Part shown: piece after piece, positions 38,125 to 48,373 of the stretch | How the letters are laid out: each line of letters starts with the position of its first letter | Position numbering within the stretch: the first letter of the stretch is position 1 | Assembly (NCBI GenBank): GCA_048938385.1 | Contig: JBHLMG010000009.1 | Coordinates: 1-64,000, forward strand | Source of the DNA: Promethearchaeota archaeon | GTDB taxonomy: Archaea; Asgardarchaeota; Hermodarchaeia; Hermodarchaeales; Hermodarchaeaceae | Length of the DNA: 64,000 bases | Reading direction: 5' to 3' | The notes under the pieces: model-generated | Told to the model about the DNA's origin: nothing | The model's database searches: none | The model's input: only the letters and a program-made list of their open reading frames with translations | Position numbers and translations under genes: made by a program

Positions 38125-39111
38125 TTGATTTCGCATTCACCTTCTAAATCGTTACCTGTGACTCCCGTTATGGTATTAGAAGCTAGAAAACGTTTAATGG
38201 GGATCACTATTCACACCCCTACTGAGCCCTCGGTAAACCTTACCAGTCTTGTGGGCGCTCCTATATCCGTTAAGTGGGAGTCTTTACAAAAAACTGGTGT
38301 CTTCAAGCTCCGTGGCGCTTACAATAAAATTGTTTCAATCCCTAAAGAAAAAGCGCGTAATGGAGTCGTCACTGCGTCTACGGGTAATCATGCGCTCGCA
38401 GTTGCCTATGCAGCTCAACAATGTGGAGTTGCAGCCACCGTTGTGGTCCCAGAACAAGCCTCTCAGTTAAAGGTTGACAAATGTCGACGCTATGGAGCAG
38501 AGATTATCAACTACGGCTCAAACTATGATGAAGCGGCGAAGTACAGTAACGAATTATCTCAGAAGATGGATGCCACGCTTATTCACGCCTATGCGGATCC
38601 CCTAGTCATCGCTGGTCAGGGAACGGTTGGTGTTGAGTTACTGATGGATTCACCTAATACCGACATTGTGTTGGTTCCTATTGGCGGAGGGGGGTTGATT
38701 TCTGGGGTTTCACTGTGGGTGAAATCTGTGAATCCCAAAGCTCAGATAATAGGCGTTCAAACTACGGCAACAAGGGCCTTCTTTGAAAACTTCAAAGCTG
38801 GGCGCTTATTCCATGTGCCCATTGAACCGACAATTGCGGATGGATTAGCTGGAAACACAGCGCAGCTTAACCTCGAAGTGGGCTTCAAATTTGTTGATGA
38901 TGTAATCCTCGTTGAAGAAGATGGATTACGGGAAGCCATTCGATGGACGCTTCTCAACGAACAGCGAGTCCTTGAACCATCTGGAGTTGTGGGAATCGCA
39001 GCGCTTCTTCAGAAAAAGCTCACCATACCTCAGAAAGAACATGTGGTGGTTATTGCTAGTGGTAGTAACATCGATCCACAGCTACTACGAGATATTTTAA
39101 CAACCAAATAA
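38125..39111 (+). CDS. Threonine/serine dehydratase (PLP, fold type II, no ACT domain)
   Basis: KWESLQKTGVFKLRGA, ASTGNHA, AGQGT, PIGGGGL, TIADGL, SGSN. Confidence 0.9.
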   Translation: MISHSPSKSLPVTPVMVLEARKRLMGITIHTPTEPSVNLTSLVGAPISVKWESLQKTGVFKLRGAYNKIVSIPKEKARNGVVTASTGNHALAVAYAAQQCGVAATVVVPEQASQLKVDKCRRYGAEIINYGSNYDEAAKYSNELSQKMDATLIHAYADPLVIAGQGTVGVELLMDSPNTDIVLVPIGGGGLISGVSLWVKSVNPKAQIIGVQTTATRAFFENFKAGRLFHVPIEPTIADGLAGNTAQLNLEVGFKFVDDVILVEEDGLREAIRWTLLNEQRVLEPSGVVGIAALLQKKLTIPQKEHVVVIASGSNIDPQLLRDILTTK

Positions 39112-39125
39112 GGGGGTCAAGTCAC

Positions 39126-39496
39126 CTAGTGGCGTGTTTCGCTTTTACATCCTAAGACATTGCCATCATAGTCAATGAAAAACAACACAAACATCGCAGC
39201 ATCGTATTCATGGATTCCACGAGTTATTGAGACTTCGTGTTACAGGAGGTATTTGAACGCTTCATCGATTTTATCAATATAGAACTAGATTTGGGGAATT
39301 TTGATCTCTTTACCTTTCTTATGCCTGGAGGGTTGTTCGCTTGGTGGGGGTGTAAGGGAATGCCTTTGGTGTTCAATGTTACAAAGGATGAGTCGAACCC
39401 TTCAACTTCTATGCTCGGAACTTGTTTGTAAAACACAAGTGCTCTTTCTATGTCTTGAACATAGAAGGTAATTCCTCCAATCTGAGAGAAATTCAC
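39126..39496 (-). pseudogene. Degraded VOC/glyoxalase-family gene
   Basis: ITFYVQDIERALVFY, then a frameshift to IPQI*FYIDKIDEAFKYLL*HEV...FFIDYDGNVLG with two internal stops. Confidence 0.7.
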
Positions 39497-39499
39497 CTT

Positions 39500-40288
39500 T
39501 CACTTGGCACTTCTTATCTGGACCCCTTCAATCATCCAAGTGATTCCACGTTTACCCCAACGATATTTTCCTCGACGTCGTGAGGAGCCCCCAATGAATT
39601 TCGTTAAAATTTCAATTGTTTTTTTATCAACGGTGATGATGTTGTAATTCTGACAGGGACTTCCTCGCAATCTAGGGCTTCCGCAGGTTCCCGAATAAGC
39701 TAATACCATGTTCTCAAGGCGCCATACCCAAGGATAATGTCGATGGCCGCTCAGCACTAAGGAGACACCCTTGTGCATCAACAGTTCCAATGTATCCCCT
39801 GCATCTAAAAGATTGTCTCGTTCACGACCCGACCGAGGTACGGGTACCAAATGGTGATGTAAAGCGATAACGCGAAGTAAGTCCTCATCGGCTTTTGAAA
39901 AGGTCTCATCAATGAAGTGGCGTCCTTCTCGACCTATATGGCCAGTATCTAAGTCTGGTTGTGAGCTATCCGCTGCGAGTAGAAACAAGCTTTCGTCTTC
40001 ATGTTGGACAAATCGAGGACCAAAGAATTCCTCAAATGTCAGGTATCCTACATTTGAGGCATCGTGGTTACCCATAGTCATTATGGTAGGGGGCTCAAGG
40101 TTTTGTAGTAGATCGCGAGCTTCAATGAATTGTTCACGGATCCCGTTCCAAGTTAAATCTCCGCATAGGACGACAAGATTGGGTTTGAGTTTGTTAATCT
40201 CGTCAATAGCTGCTACGACCATGTCATGTTTAAAGCCTGCTTCACCAACATGCACATCTGATATCTGAACAATTGTATATTTGGGCAA
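39500..40288 (-). CDS. Calcineurin-like metallophosphoesterase
   Basis: SDVH, GDLT, GNHD, HHH, GHRH. Confidence 0.92.
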   Translation of the reverse strand: MPKYTIVQISDVHVGEAGFKHDMVVAAIDEINKLKPNLVVLCGDLTWNGIREQFIEARDLLQNLEPPTIMTMGNHDASNVGYLTFEEFFGPRFVQHEDESLFLLAADSSQPDLDTGHIGREGRHFIDETFSKADEDLLRVIALHHHLVPVPRSGRERDNLLDAGDTLELLMHKGVSLVLSGHRHYPWVWRLENMVLAYSGTCGSPRLRGSPCQNYNIITVDKKTIEILTKFIGGSSRRRGKYRWGKRGITWMIEGVQIRSAK

Positions 40289-40428
40289 TCGAAATCATCT
40301 CGGTTTTTTCCGAACATCTTCACTACCTAATATTAAGACATTCGTATCTGTTTTTTGAACGTAAGTACAGAATTTAAACCAACTGGCGATAATCTCGTCT
40401 GGCATAATATATACACTGGTGAATGTGA

Positions 40429-40836
40429 ATGGCACGATTTGGTACTTCCGAATGGATCGGGCAGTTTGTTACCACTCTCAACAACAACGAAGCATATGCG
40501 GAGGCTGCTGAAACCTGGGAAGGGGACTTCCTCTTCATTGTTTGGCAAAACAAAGAAGCAGGCCTTGATGAAGAAATCGTAATGTGGATGGACTTATGGC
40601 ATGGAAAATGTCGTGACCATGCTATGCTCACAAATCGCACCGAAAAAGAGACCGCCTTTATCTATGAAGGCGAGCTCGCAAATTGGAAAGAGATCATCGA
40701 AGGACGTTTAGATCCCATTAAGGCGCTTCTAACGCGAAAGATGAAACTAACTGGTGACCGGGCAAAGGTTATGCGGGCTACTCGTGCCGCGAAGGAACTC
40801 GTTCGGACTGCTCAAATGATTAAGACCGAGTTCTAG
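40429..40836 (+). CDS. SCP2 sterol/lipid-binding domain protein
   Basis: WKEIIEGRLDPIKALLTRKMKLTGD. Confidence 0.85.
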   Translation: MARFGTSEWIGQFVTTLNNNEAYAEAAETWEGDFLFIVWQNKEAGLDEEIVMWMDLWHGKCRDHAMLTNRTEKETAFIYEGELANWKEIIEGRLDPIKALLTRKMKLTGDRAKVMRATRAAKELVRTAQMIKTEF

Positions 40837-40975
40837 GTTAGTATTCGCTTATCAAGCCTGTTCATACAATGGGGGTTCCTATTCTTTTTTCTACAGGAAC
40901 AACCAATGGTAGGGTAGGTTGGCTCTTCTCGGTTTCACCGAGGAAAGAATCTCATTCCTATGGAAGTTGTGTAGC

Positions 40976-42145
40976 ATGTGGTATTTTCGTTCCCCACGAC
41001 TCATAGTCTTTGGTGAAGGCGCCCTAGACCATCTTAAAGAACTCGAGGGAAATCGAGTTTTCATCGTCACAGACCAGACGATCGTGAAACTTGGTTTCTT
41101 AGATCAGGTAATTGAGAAACTCAAAGCCTCAGGTAAAGAAGTTGCATTCTATGATAAGGTCCCTCCTGAACCGCCTGATGAAATAGCGCAGGATTGTGCT
41201 CATGTCTTACGAAAATTCGATCCTGACATTATAATGGGAATCGGAGGTGGGTCGGTTTTGGATGTCGCCAAGGTGGCACGGATCCTGAATGAGCATCCTG
41301 ACCACCCGATCATCGATATTACCCCTCTAACTCCTATCGCTGTTTCAAAAACTCAACTCATCACTATTCCCACAACATCAGGCACTGGTTCTGATGCCAC
41401 ATGGGCGGCTGTTATTACTGATACCCAAGATGGGAATAAGATGGAACTTACTCACCCTGAATTAGTGCCCTTCATATCTATTTTAGATCCCGCTCTAACC
41501 AAGTCCATGCCTCCTAAGGTAACGGCTTCAACGGGTATGGATGCTATCGCCCAAGCAATCGATGGGTACACTGTTCAGTGGCGAAACGATTTCAGTGATG
41601 GCCTCGCCATTCATGCCACTCGTCTGCTCTTTAAGTATTTACCAAGAGCTTTTGAAAAACCGAATGATATGGAAGCCCGAGAGAAAGTTCAGAATGCTGC
41701 AACAATTAGTGGGCTAGCTTGGAGCAATTCATTTCTCGGAATAACTCACTCGTTTGGCCACGCAATGGGGGCTGTGTTCAAAATTCCGCATGGAATAACG
41801 GTGGGAATGGTGCTTCCGTACTCCATCGAATACGCAAAGAAAACCCATGCAGCCTTGTATGGCGAGTTATCCCGCGCCGTAGGGGTGGCTACGAAAGACG
41901 ACGACAACGATACTGCAACAATGAAACTTCGGGACGCTGTCTTCAAGCTCATGGAAGGGCTACAAGTACCAACAAGCCTGAAGGAGTATGGGATATCTAA
42001 GGAGGAGTTTGAAAAGGCTTACGATGACCTTGTGCGTTTTACACAAGAGTCGGCAGTTAACATCTTCAATTGTCGTGAACCTACAAACGAAGATATCGAA
42101 CGCTTCTGGCACTACATGTTTGAAGGGAAATCCATTGACTTCTAA
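40976..42145 (+). CDS. Iron-containing alcohol dehydrogenase
   Basis: GIGGGSVLDVAK, IPTTSGTGSD, GMDA, HSFGH, PHG; start reassigned to MWYF. Confidence 0.9.
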   Translation: MWYFRSPRLIVFGEGALDHLKELEGNRVFIVTDQTIVKLGFLDQVIEKLKASGKEVAFYDKVPPEPPDEIAQDCAHVLRKFDPDIIMGIGGGSVLDVAKVARILNEHPDHPIIDITPLTPIAVSKTQLITIPTTSGTGSDATWAAVITDTQDGNKMELTHPELVPFISILDPALTKSMPPKVTASTGMDAIAQAIDGYTVQWRNDFSDGLAIHATRLLFKYLPRAFEKPNDMEAREKVQNAATISGLAWSNSFLGITHSFGHAMGAVFKIPHGITVGMVLPYSIEYAKKTHAALYGELSRAVGVATKDDDNDTATMKLRDAVFKLMEGLQVPTSLKEYGISKEEFEKAYDDLVRFTQESAVNIFNCREPTNEDIERFWHYMFEGKSIDF

Positions 42146-42166
42146 CTAATTTTAATAATTCCGCGA

Positions 42167-44032
42167 ATGCCTGAGGAGGTGCGATTACCCATGATTGCAA
42201 AGAATGGAATGGGTTTTACTGGAAAGATATTGCATGTTAATCTCACAAATCGAACGATCACGAACATTCCTACACCGATGGATCTAGCTAGACAATTTAT
42301 TGGTGGTGGAGGATTAGCCGCAAGAATCCTGTACCCGTTACTCAAAATCGCTCCTGAACCCCTTGGACCCCATAATCCTGTAATCATGATGGCCGGACCC
42401 TTCACTGGAACCACTGTTCCATGCTCTGGACGAATGGTCATTTGCGCCCGGTCTCCTCTCACAAACCTATGGGGCGAGTGTAATATCGGTGGTTATTTTG
42501 GTGCTACAATGCGACAGGCAGGTTATGATGGCCTCCTCATCGAAGGGCGAGCCAAAAAACCTAGTTATCTATCAATTATCCACGGATCAGCTCAACTCCA
42601 CGATGCACAGCATCTATGGACAAAGACCGTCCTTGACACGCAAGAAAGCCTTCGAGCCGACTTGAAGGAAAAACGATTTTTCACCCTAAGCATCGGACCT
42701 GCTGGGGAACACCTCGTTAAATATGCTAACATCATGTCTGAAGGCGGACGTGCAGCCGGTCGGATGGGCTTAGGCGCCGTCCTCGGTAGTAAACACCTCA
42801 AATCTGTCGCAGTTGTTGGCAATCAACGCGTTCCTGTAGCGCAGCCAGACGCAATCATAGAGCTTGCGCGAACCGCAAATAAAGTGATGATAGAGGATTT
42901 CATGCCTGATTGTTACCGAATGATGGGAACCGCTACAGCTGTTGGACCTGCACAAGAAATTGGTGCAATGCCTAACAAGTACTTCACTGAGGGTGAGTTC
43001 CCAACACACGATAACATCAGTGGCGCAACCCTGCTGGAAACTCGGCTTGTTGGTCGTGATGGTTGCCACCGTTGCCCAATTCAATGTGGACGTGTTATCG
43101 AAATCCCAGATGGTAAATACCAACTTCCCCGGGTGTCAGGACCTGAATACGAGACTCTAGGGGCTCTTGGTTCAATGATTCTTGTTGATGACTTGGATGC
43201 GGTAATTTATGCGAGTCATTTGTGTGATAACTTGGGATTGGACACAATTAGCTGTGGCAACAGTATTGGCTTTGCATACTACCTTGTGGACCAAGGGAAG
43301 CTATCCAAACAGGAAGTGGGTATGAATCTGGAATGGGGCGACCCTGAACCGATGATCCAACTCATTCCCCAAATTGCCCAACGGCAAGGCTTTGGTGCCA
43401 TCCTTGCTGAAGGAACTCAGGCGATGGGCGTCCGCTACGCTGCAGAAGACATGGCCGTTCAGATCAAAGGTCTTGAGGTGTCATGCTGGGACCCCCGAGC
43501 GCTTTTTGGAATGGCAACAATTTATGCGACAAGCCCCAGAGGTGGTTGCCATCTTGATGGTGATATGTATATGGTCCTTCAAGGTCAAGTCATTCTTGAA
43601 CTTGGGATTGATGCTGATGATCCCCAAACTGACGAAGGCATGGGTGAAATTGCAGCAAAATCGCAGAGTTGGCGACAGGTGTCTAATGCCCTCATCATGT
43701 GCCAGTTTCCCACCTTTACCGTTGATGAAATCACGCAATTCTATAGCTATGTTACTGGTGAAAAAACAACACCTCAACAACTGCTGACCATCGGTGATCG
43801 CATCATCACCTTGAAACGATTAATTAACCTGCACCTAGGGTTCAAACCTGAAATGGATAACCTTCCCAAACTCCTTCTCAAACCGCTTGAATCTGGTGGA
43901 ACCCGTGGGTTAGTTCCTAATATACAAAAACAGCTTGCAGACTATAATGCGTACAGGGATTGGGATCCACAAACGGGGCACCCCTCCGCCACTGCCCTTA
44001 AAAAGGTTGGACTCGCTGACTTGATTGAGTAA
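42167..44032 (+). CDS. aor: W/Mo aldehyde:ferredoxin oxidoreductase
   Basis: SPLT, IGPAGE, AGRMGLGAVLGSKHLK, CHRCPIQC, PEYET, LGLDTIS, RGGCH. Confidence 0.92.
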   Translation: MPEEVRLPMIAKNGMGFTGKILHVNLTNRTITNIPTPMDLARQFIGGGGLAARILYPLLKIAPEPLGPHNPVIMMAGPFTGTTVPCSGRMVICARSPLTNLWGECNIGGYFGATMRQAGYDGLLIEGRAKKPSYLSIIHGSAQLHDAQHLWTKTVLDTQESLRADLKEKRFFTLSIGPAGEHLVKYANIMSEGGRAAGRMGLGAVLGSKHLKSVAVVGNQRVPVAQPDAIIELARTANKVMIEDFMPDCYRMMGTATAVGPAQEIGAMPNKYFTEGEFPTHDNISGATLLETRLVGRDGCHRCPIQCGRVIEIPDGKYQLPRVSGPEYETLGALGSMILVDDLDAVIYASHLCDNLGLDTISCGNSIGFAYYLVDQGKLSKQEVGMNLEWGDPEPMIQLIPQIAQRQGFGAILAEGTQAMGVRYAAEDMAVQIKGLEVSCWDPRALFGMATIYATSPRGGCHLDGDMYMVLQGQVILELGIDADDPQTDEGMGEIAAKSQSWRQVSNALIMCQFPTFTVDEITQFYSYVTGEKTTPQQLLTIGDRIITLKRLINLHLGFKPEMDNLPKLLLKPLESGGTRGLVPNIQKQLADYNAYRDWDPQTGHPSATALKKVGLADLIE

Positions 44033-44050
44033 TTGTTACTGTAAACTGAG

Positions 44051-44980
44051 TTGGATGGGATTATGGAGACACTACGAAAACAAAACAAAGAGCTATTCAC
44101 CCTATTAGACCAAGTGGCAACTTCTCAGCACACAAAGCTGCTCTCATTGCTTATTGAACAACTCAAACCCTTTGCCGAAAAAGATCCACAACTCCTTCTC
44201 ATGCCCAATGCCTATGAACGAGTAAAAACCTATGCTGAAACAGCTGTAGATTTAGAAATGCGCGGGAAAACATCCGCGCCCATCGATTTTGGTGGATATA
44301 CCCTCGTAGTTACTCTCTCAACAAAACAACCCTTCGACACCTTATATCTTACGCGCCCCTTTTCGAACAAACTTAAAATCACAGCTTTTACTACACAACC
44401 TCCAATCTTTCCATTCGCTGTGTGGCTTACTCTCAACCCTACACACCCTGGCATCACAACAGAGGGATTTAACCCAGAAGGAGCCTTCACCATCTCTCGG
44501 GGACCAGCTCCCACTCTTCCAGCGAACCTCAATAATCCCAACGATCTAATTACCGCAGGTGTACTGCTACGCGAATCCCTTGAAACCCGAACACTTGACC
44601 CCCAAGCCCAAGCCACTCTCTATCAAATAATTCCTTTTCCTATCGAACGTGAAGTAGGCAAGCGTTTCTTTCCGCCCCTTCAGGTTATACGAAGTGGTGT
44701 AGACGATATCCTGCGCCCCGAAAGTTACCTTCTCCGCTTACCCATTGTACCACTCCTAATTACTCGGTCTGCGGAGCTAAATTGTACTATGATTCAGCTC
44801 GAAACTGTCCCCGCGTGGCCCACTAACTGGCAACCGGAGAAGGCTTTTACTAGCGAAACGCAACGGTATGTCACAATTGGAGAGGGAATTAACTATGATG
44901 TCTTCACGCTTCTTACCCTGATGCGTGATTTAGCAGAAATTACAACAGCCGCAGAAGATATCTACTGGCCTATCGGTTAA
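44051..44980 (+). CDS. Hypothetical protein
   Basis: 309-aa ORF 18 nt after aor on the same strand; no recognised motif. Confidence 0.65.
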   Translation: MDGIMETLRKQNKELFTLLDQVATSQHTKLLSLLIEQLKPFAEKDPQLLLMPNAYERVKTYAETAVDLEMRGKTSAPIDFGGYTLVVTLSTKQPFDTLYLTRPFSNKLKITAFTTQPPIFPFAVWLTLNPTHPGITTEGFNPEGAFTISRGPAPTLPANLNNPNDLITAGVLLRESLETRTLDPQAQATLYQIIPFPIEREVGKRFFPPLQVIRSGVDDILRPESYLLRLPIVPLLITRSAELNCTMIQLETVPAWPTNWQPEKAFTSETQRYVTIGEGINYDVFTLLTLMRDLAEITTAAEDIYWPIG

Positions 44981-45059
44981 TTAACTCCTTCACTCAAGTA
45001 CCAAAAGGTTTATGCCAGTCTGGTTCCTGCGACGGACTAGATACGCTAGGTGAATCATT

Positions 45060-45446
45060 GTGGTGTTTTGCCCTCTGGCAGGCGGCCCCTGTCAAGGTCG
45101 CTCGAACTGTCGATTGTGGGTTCGTGGACGCATCCTCAATACCGATTCAAAACTCCTCGCTGCCCAACTTGCCCGTTTTCTTGTGCAAGAAAAAACAATA
45201 CTTGCACAATCCAATCCCAAAAACTCAGAATTCACCCACGCTTTTTGGCAATCGCAGGGCCTTGCAGATATTCATCGGGAAGTGATCATTGATCGATATT
45301 TGGCAGAGAAGGTTCGCGAAGTTGAAGACTTAGCTAATCGATGGGCAAAAAGCCCAGGGTTTCTCAAAACTTTGGTTGCTAATAAAACAAAAAGCACTAA
45401 GGAATCGCCTGGGCTCCGTAAACAACGCTGCAAGTCCCCTCCATAG
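45060..45446 (+). CDS. Hypothetical protein with N-terminal CPx5Cx5CxxW cluster
   Basis: GGTGA RBS; FCPLAGGPCQGRSNCRLW; 3' end overlaps the end of hypD. Confidence 0.5.
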   Translation: MVFCPLAGGPCQGRSNCRLWVRGRILNTDSKLLAAQLARFLVQEKTILAQSNPKNSEFTHAFWQSQGLADIHREVIIDRYLAEKVREVEDLANRWAKSPGFLKTLVANKTKSTKESPGLRKQRCKSPP

Positions 45447-46527
45447 ACACCATACAAGGACCAATTGGGTTGTCTGGTGTACACTTCGATCCAAACAGTG
45501 GACACTCTGTGGGGCGAAGGATACCCCGAAGGACCTCACCACACTTGCATCCTGGGGGCATTTCATATTTTTGGGATTCTACATTGATATCAAAGCGTTT
45601 GCGTGCATCAAAGTCTTTGTATTTCGGACGAAGGGCTAAACCGGACTTAGGAATGAGTCCAATTCCACGCCATCTAGCATCCACCGGTTCAAAGACTTGG
45701 TTAATCATTTTTCGTGCACGCACATTTCCCTCATAGGTCACTGCCCGTGTATACTCGTTTTCTACTTCACCTCGTCCCTCTACTGATTGCCTCAAGAGCA
45801 TCACTAACCCCAGCATCACATCCAATGGCTCAAACCCTGCCACAACCTGAGGGACCTTCCACCGTTTAGAAATCGGTACATATGCCTGCACTCCAATGAT
45901 CACACTAACATGCCCGGGAAGTAAGAAACCATCAATTCCCACTTCGCCCTGCTCGAGTAGAAAAATTTCTGCCGGTGGAATGAGTCGATGGCTAACGAGC
46001 ACTGAGAAATTCTTAGGTGGATCGCCAAGGATTTCAGCAGCAGTCGGAGGTGTCGTTGTTTCAAAACCAATAGCAAAATGTACCACTTCTTTATCGCGGT
46101 TCTCCCGAGCAGTGATGATAGCATCCATCATGCTATACACCACTTGTACATTTGCGCCCTTACTTCGTGCTGCGTTTAGAGAACCCAAATCACCTGCAGG
46201 AACTCGCATCATATCACCAAAGGTAGTTAACAAAGCATTGGGTTGATTGGCAATCTCAATGGCAAAGGCTACATCTTCGGGAGGGCAAATACAGACAGGA
46301 CATCCAGGACCCGCGAGCAACTCAACATTCGTAGGTAATAGATCGCGTAGCCCAGCATGAGTAATAGTGTATTCATGTGTACCACAAAGATGCATCCACT
46401 TGTAATTGCGGTCACCTGCTAATTCTCGAATTCTTTGCGCGGCTTGCTGGGCAAGCTTTGGGTCCCGAAACCCCTTTTGCACTTCGAGGGGATCCATATT
46501 TGCAAAACTTCCTGTCATCCTTGGCAC
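45397..46527 (-). CDS. hypD: [NiFe]-hydrogenase maturation protein HypD
   Basis: CGTHE, GPGCPVC, GFETT, PGHVS, CMVSMEGTC. Confidence 0.95.
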   Translation of the reverse strand: MPRMTGSFANMDPLEVQKGFRDPKLAQQAAQRIRELAGDRNYKWMHLCGTHEYTITHAGLRDLLPTNVELLAGPGCPVCICPPEDVAFAIEIANQPNALLTTFGDMMRVPAGDLGSLNAARSKGANVQVVYSMMDAIITARENRDKEVVHFAIGFETTTPPTAAEILGDPPKNFSVLVSHRLIPPAEIFLLEQGEVGIDGFLLPGHVSVIIGVQAYVPISKRWKVPQVVAGFEPLDVMLGLVMLLRQSVEGRGEVENEYTRAVTYEGNVRARKMINQVFEPVDARWRGIGLIPKSGLALRPKYKDFDARKRFDINVESQKYEMPPGCKCGEVLRGILRPTECPLFGSKCTPDNPIGPCMVSMEGTCSVVYGAQAIP

Positions 46528-46672
46528 CTCGTAACTAACTTCAACACAGGTCCCATACTTCCTGTCGTATGGGATACCTAATACTTCTTTCGCAGTTCCA
46601 TCTTTTCTCTACATTTGTCTTTCCCGAACAGCTAAAAACTCTAATCAATTCAGAGCTGTCCGAGGGTCTAAA

Positions 46673-47125
46673 ATGAGTGATGAAACTGTTGAACGCCATG
46701 AGTTTCATGTAGGAATCACCTGGACAGGGGGCAAGGAAGGCATTATAACCCTTTCAGGAAAACCTCCGCTACCTCTAACATCGCCGGTTTATTGGGAAGG
46801 AAAACCTGACGCTTATTCTCCCCATGACCTATTCATATCTGCAGTATCAGGCTGTTATATCACAACCTTCGCCAGTATGATGCAGCGAATGAAACAGCCA
46901 CTACAAACTCATGAAGTCTCAGGTCATGGAACGCTTCAAAAGCATCCAAAAGGAGGATGGCTGTTCACAGATATCTACATCACAATGGAGATCACCATAC
47001 CCAAGGATGCAACACTGTCACAAGTGGAACGCGCTGTCGAGCTAACAAAGAAGTATTGTCATATTTCTCGCTCCATTGCCAGCAAGGTTCATGTCAAGGC
47101 AACTATCCATCAGCTGGACGAGTAA
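46673..47125 (+). CDS. OsmC/Ohr-family protein
   Basis: SPHDLFISAVSGC, KYCHISRSI. Confidence 0.88.
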   Translation: MSDETVERHEFHVGITWTGGKEGIITLSGKPPLPLTSPVYWEGKPDAYSPHDLFISAVSGCYITTFASMMQRMKQPLQTHEVSGHGTLQKHPKGGWLFTDIYITMEITIPKDATLSQVERAVELTKKYCHISRSIASKVHVKATIHQLDE

Positions 47126-47209
47126 GTCAACACAGACGGTCCACAGTCCAATTAGGATGGCAAGTTTAAGTAGGCAGACACCCTTTTTTCCTGTAAATTC
47201 GTCATCCTA

Positions 47210-48256
47210 ATGGTGATTCAGTTGAATAAGGAAAAGCTTGGATTCGAACACTTGGAAGCCAATGTGATCGAAGCCAACAAATGTTGTAGCTGTGGAGGGT
47301 GTGAAGCTGCCTGTCCCATCGATGCAATTGAACTACAAGCCCTCCGTCCAACACTTGTCAAGGATTGTACTAAATGTGAGTTTTGTTGGAAATCCTGTCC
47401 TCGAATGATACATGATTATTCACCTCTTTACACACAAGTCTTTGGGGAAGATACCCACCGTGATCCCGTATTGGGCGTATACCGTCAAGCCTATGCCTTG
47501 CGCAATGTCGATGAATCGATACGAAAACGAGCTCAGGATGGTGGAGTTGTGACGGCAATTCTCCTCCATCTACTCAAAACTGGTGGTATCGAAGGAGCGG
47601 TTATCTCGGGCATTGATCCCGATAATCCCTGGAGACCCAAACCGATGGTCGCAACGACTCAGGAGGCAATCGTTTCTGCTACCAAGTCTCGATATACTCG
47701 CTCACCAAACCTTATTGCCTTAAAGGAAGCGTTGAAGGAACGGAAGCTTAGCCAGATAGCCGTTGTTGGAACCCCTTGCCATATCCAAGCCATTCAACGA
47801 ATGCGCCTTGCACCTTTGAAAAAAATCGATCGTTCTGTTGTGATGACGATCGGGCTCTTTTGTAGTGAGACCTTCAAGTTCAAAGAACTCATGGAAGACA
47901 AGATAGCAAACGAACTCGGTGTTCCTTTAGCTAATCTGCGTAAGCTCGATATTAAGGGAAAGCTACTCATCTATCCCCAAGGTGCCAAAGATGCTTTACA
48001 GATTCCTTTAAGCGAAGCTCAAGAATGGATTGATCCTGGTTGCCATGGTTGCAAGGATTTCGCCTCTGACTTCGCTGATATATCTGTAGGTGGTGCCGGT
48101 ACTCCAAGAAAATGGTCTTCTGTTCTAGTACGAACCGAACGAGGTCAAGCAGTCATTGATGGAATGATTGAGGCAGGGTTGTTCCTGCACGAAGCACTAA
48201 CGAATGAAGGGCTTAACCAGTTACGCAAGATTGCTGCATCCAAAATCAGAAAATAA
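47210..48256 (+). CDS. FrhB/FdhB/FpoF-like F420-binding subunit with N-terminal 2x[4Fe-4S]
   Basis: CCSCGGCEAACP, CTKCEFCWKSCP, QDGGVVT, VGTPC, IGLFC, GCHGCKDF, ADISVG. Confidence 0.88.
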   Translation: MVIQLNKEKLGFEHLEANVIEANKCCSCGGCEAACPIDAIELQALRPTLVKDCTKCEFCWKSCPRMIHDYSPLYTQVFGEDTHRDPVLGVYRQAYALRNVDESIRKRAQDGGVVTAILLHLLKTGGIEGAVISGIDPDNPWRPKPMVATTQEAIVSATKSRYTRSPNLIALKEALKERKLSQIAVVGTPCHIQAIQRMRLAPLKKIDRSVVMTIGLFCSETFKFKELMEDKIANELGVPLANLRKLDIKGKLLIYPQGAKDALQIPLSEAQEWIDPGCHGCKDFASDFADISVGGAGTPRKWSSVLVRTERGQAVIDGMIEAGLFLHEALTNEGLNQLRKIAASKIRK

Positions 48257-48373
48257 CCCTTCTAAAGGCGATTAAATTGACAGCACCTTCGAAAGTAAAC
48301 ACTTTTGTCAGTAGAATACGCCAGAACTTGTTACATCCAACTTTCACTGTAATAATCTGATGGTGGTTATGAC

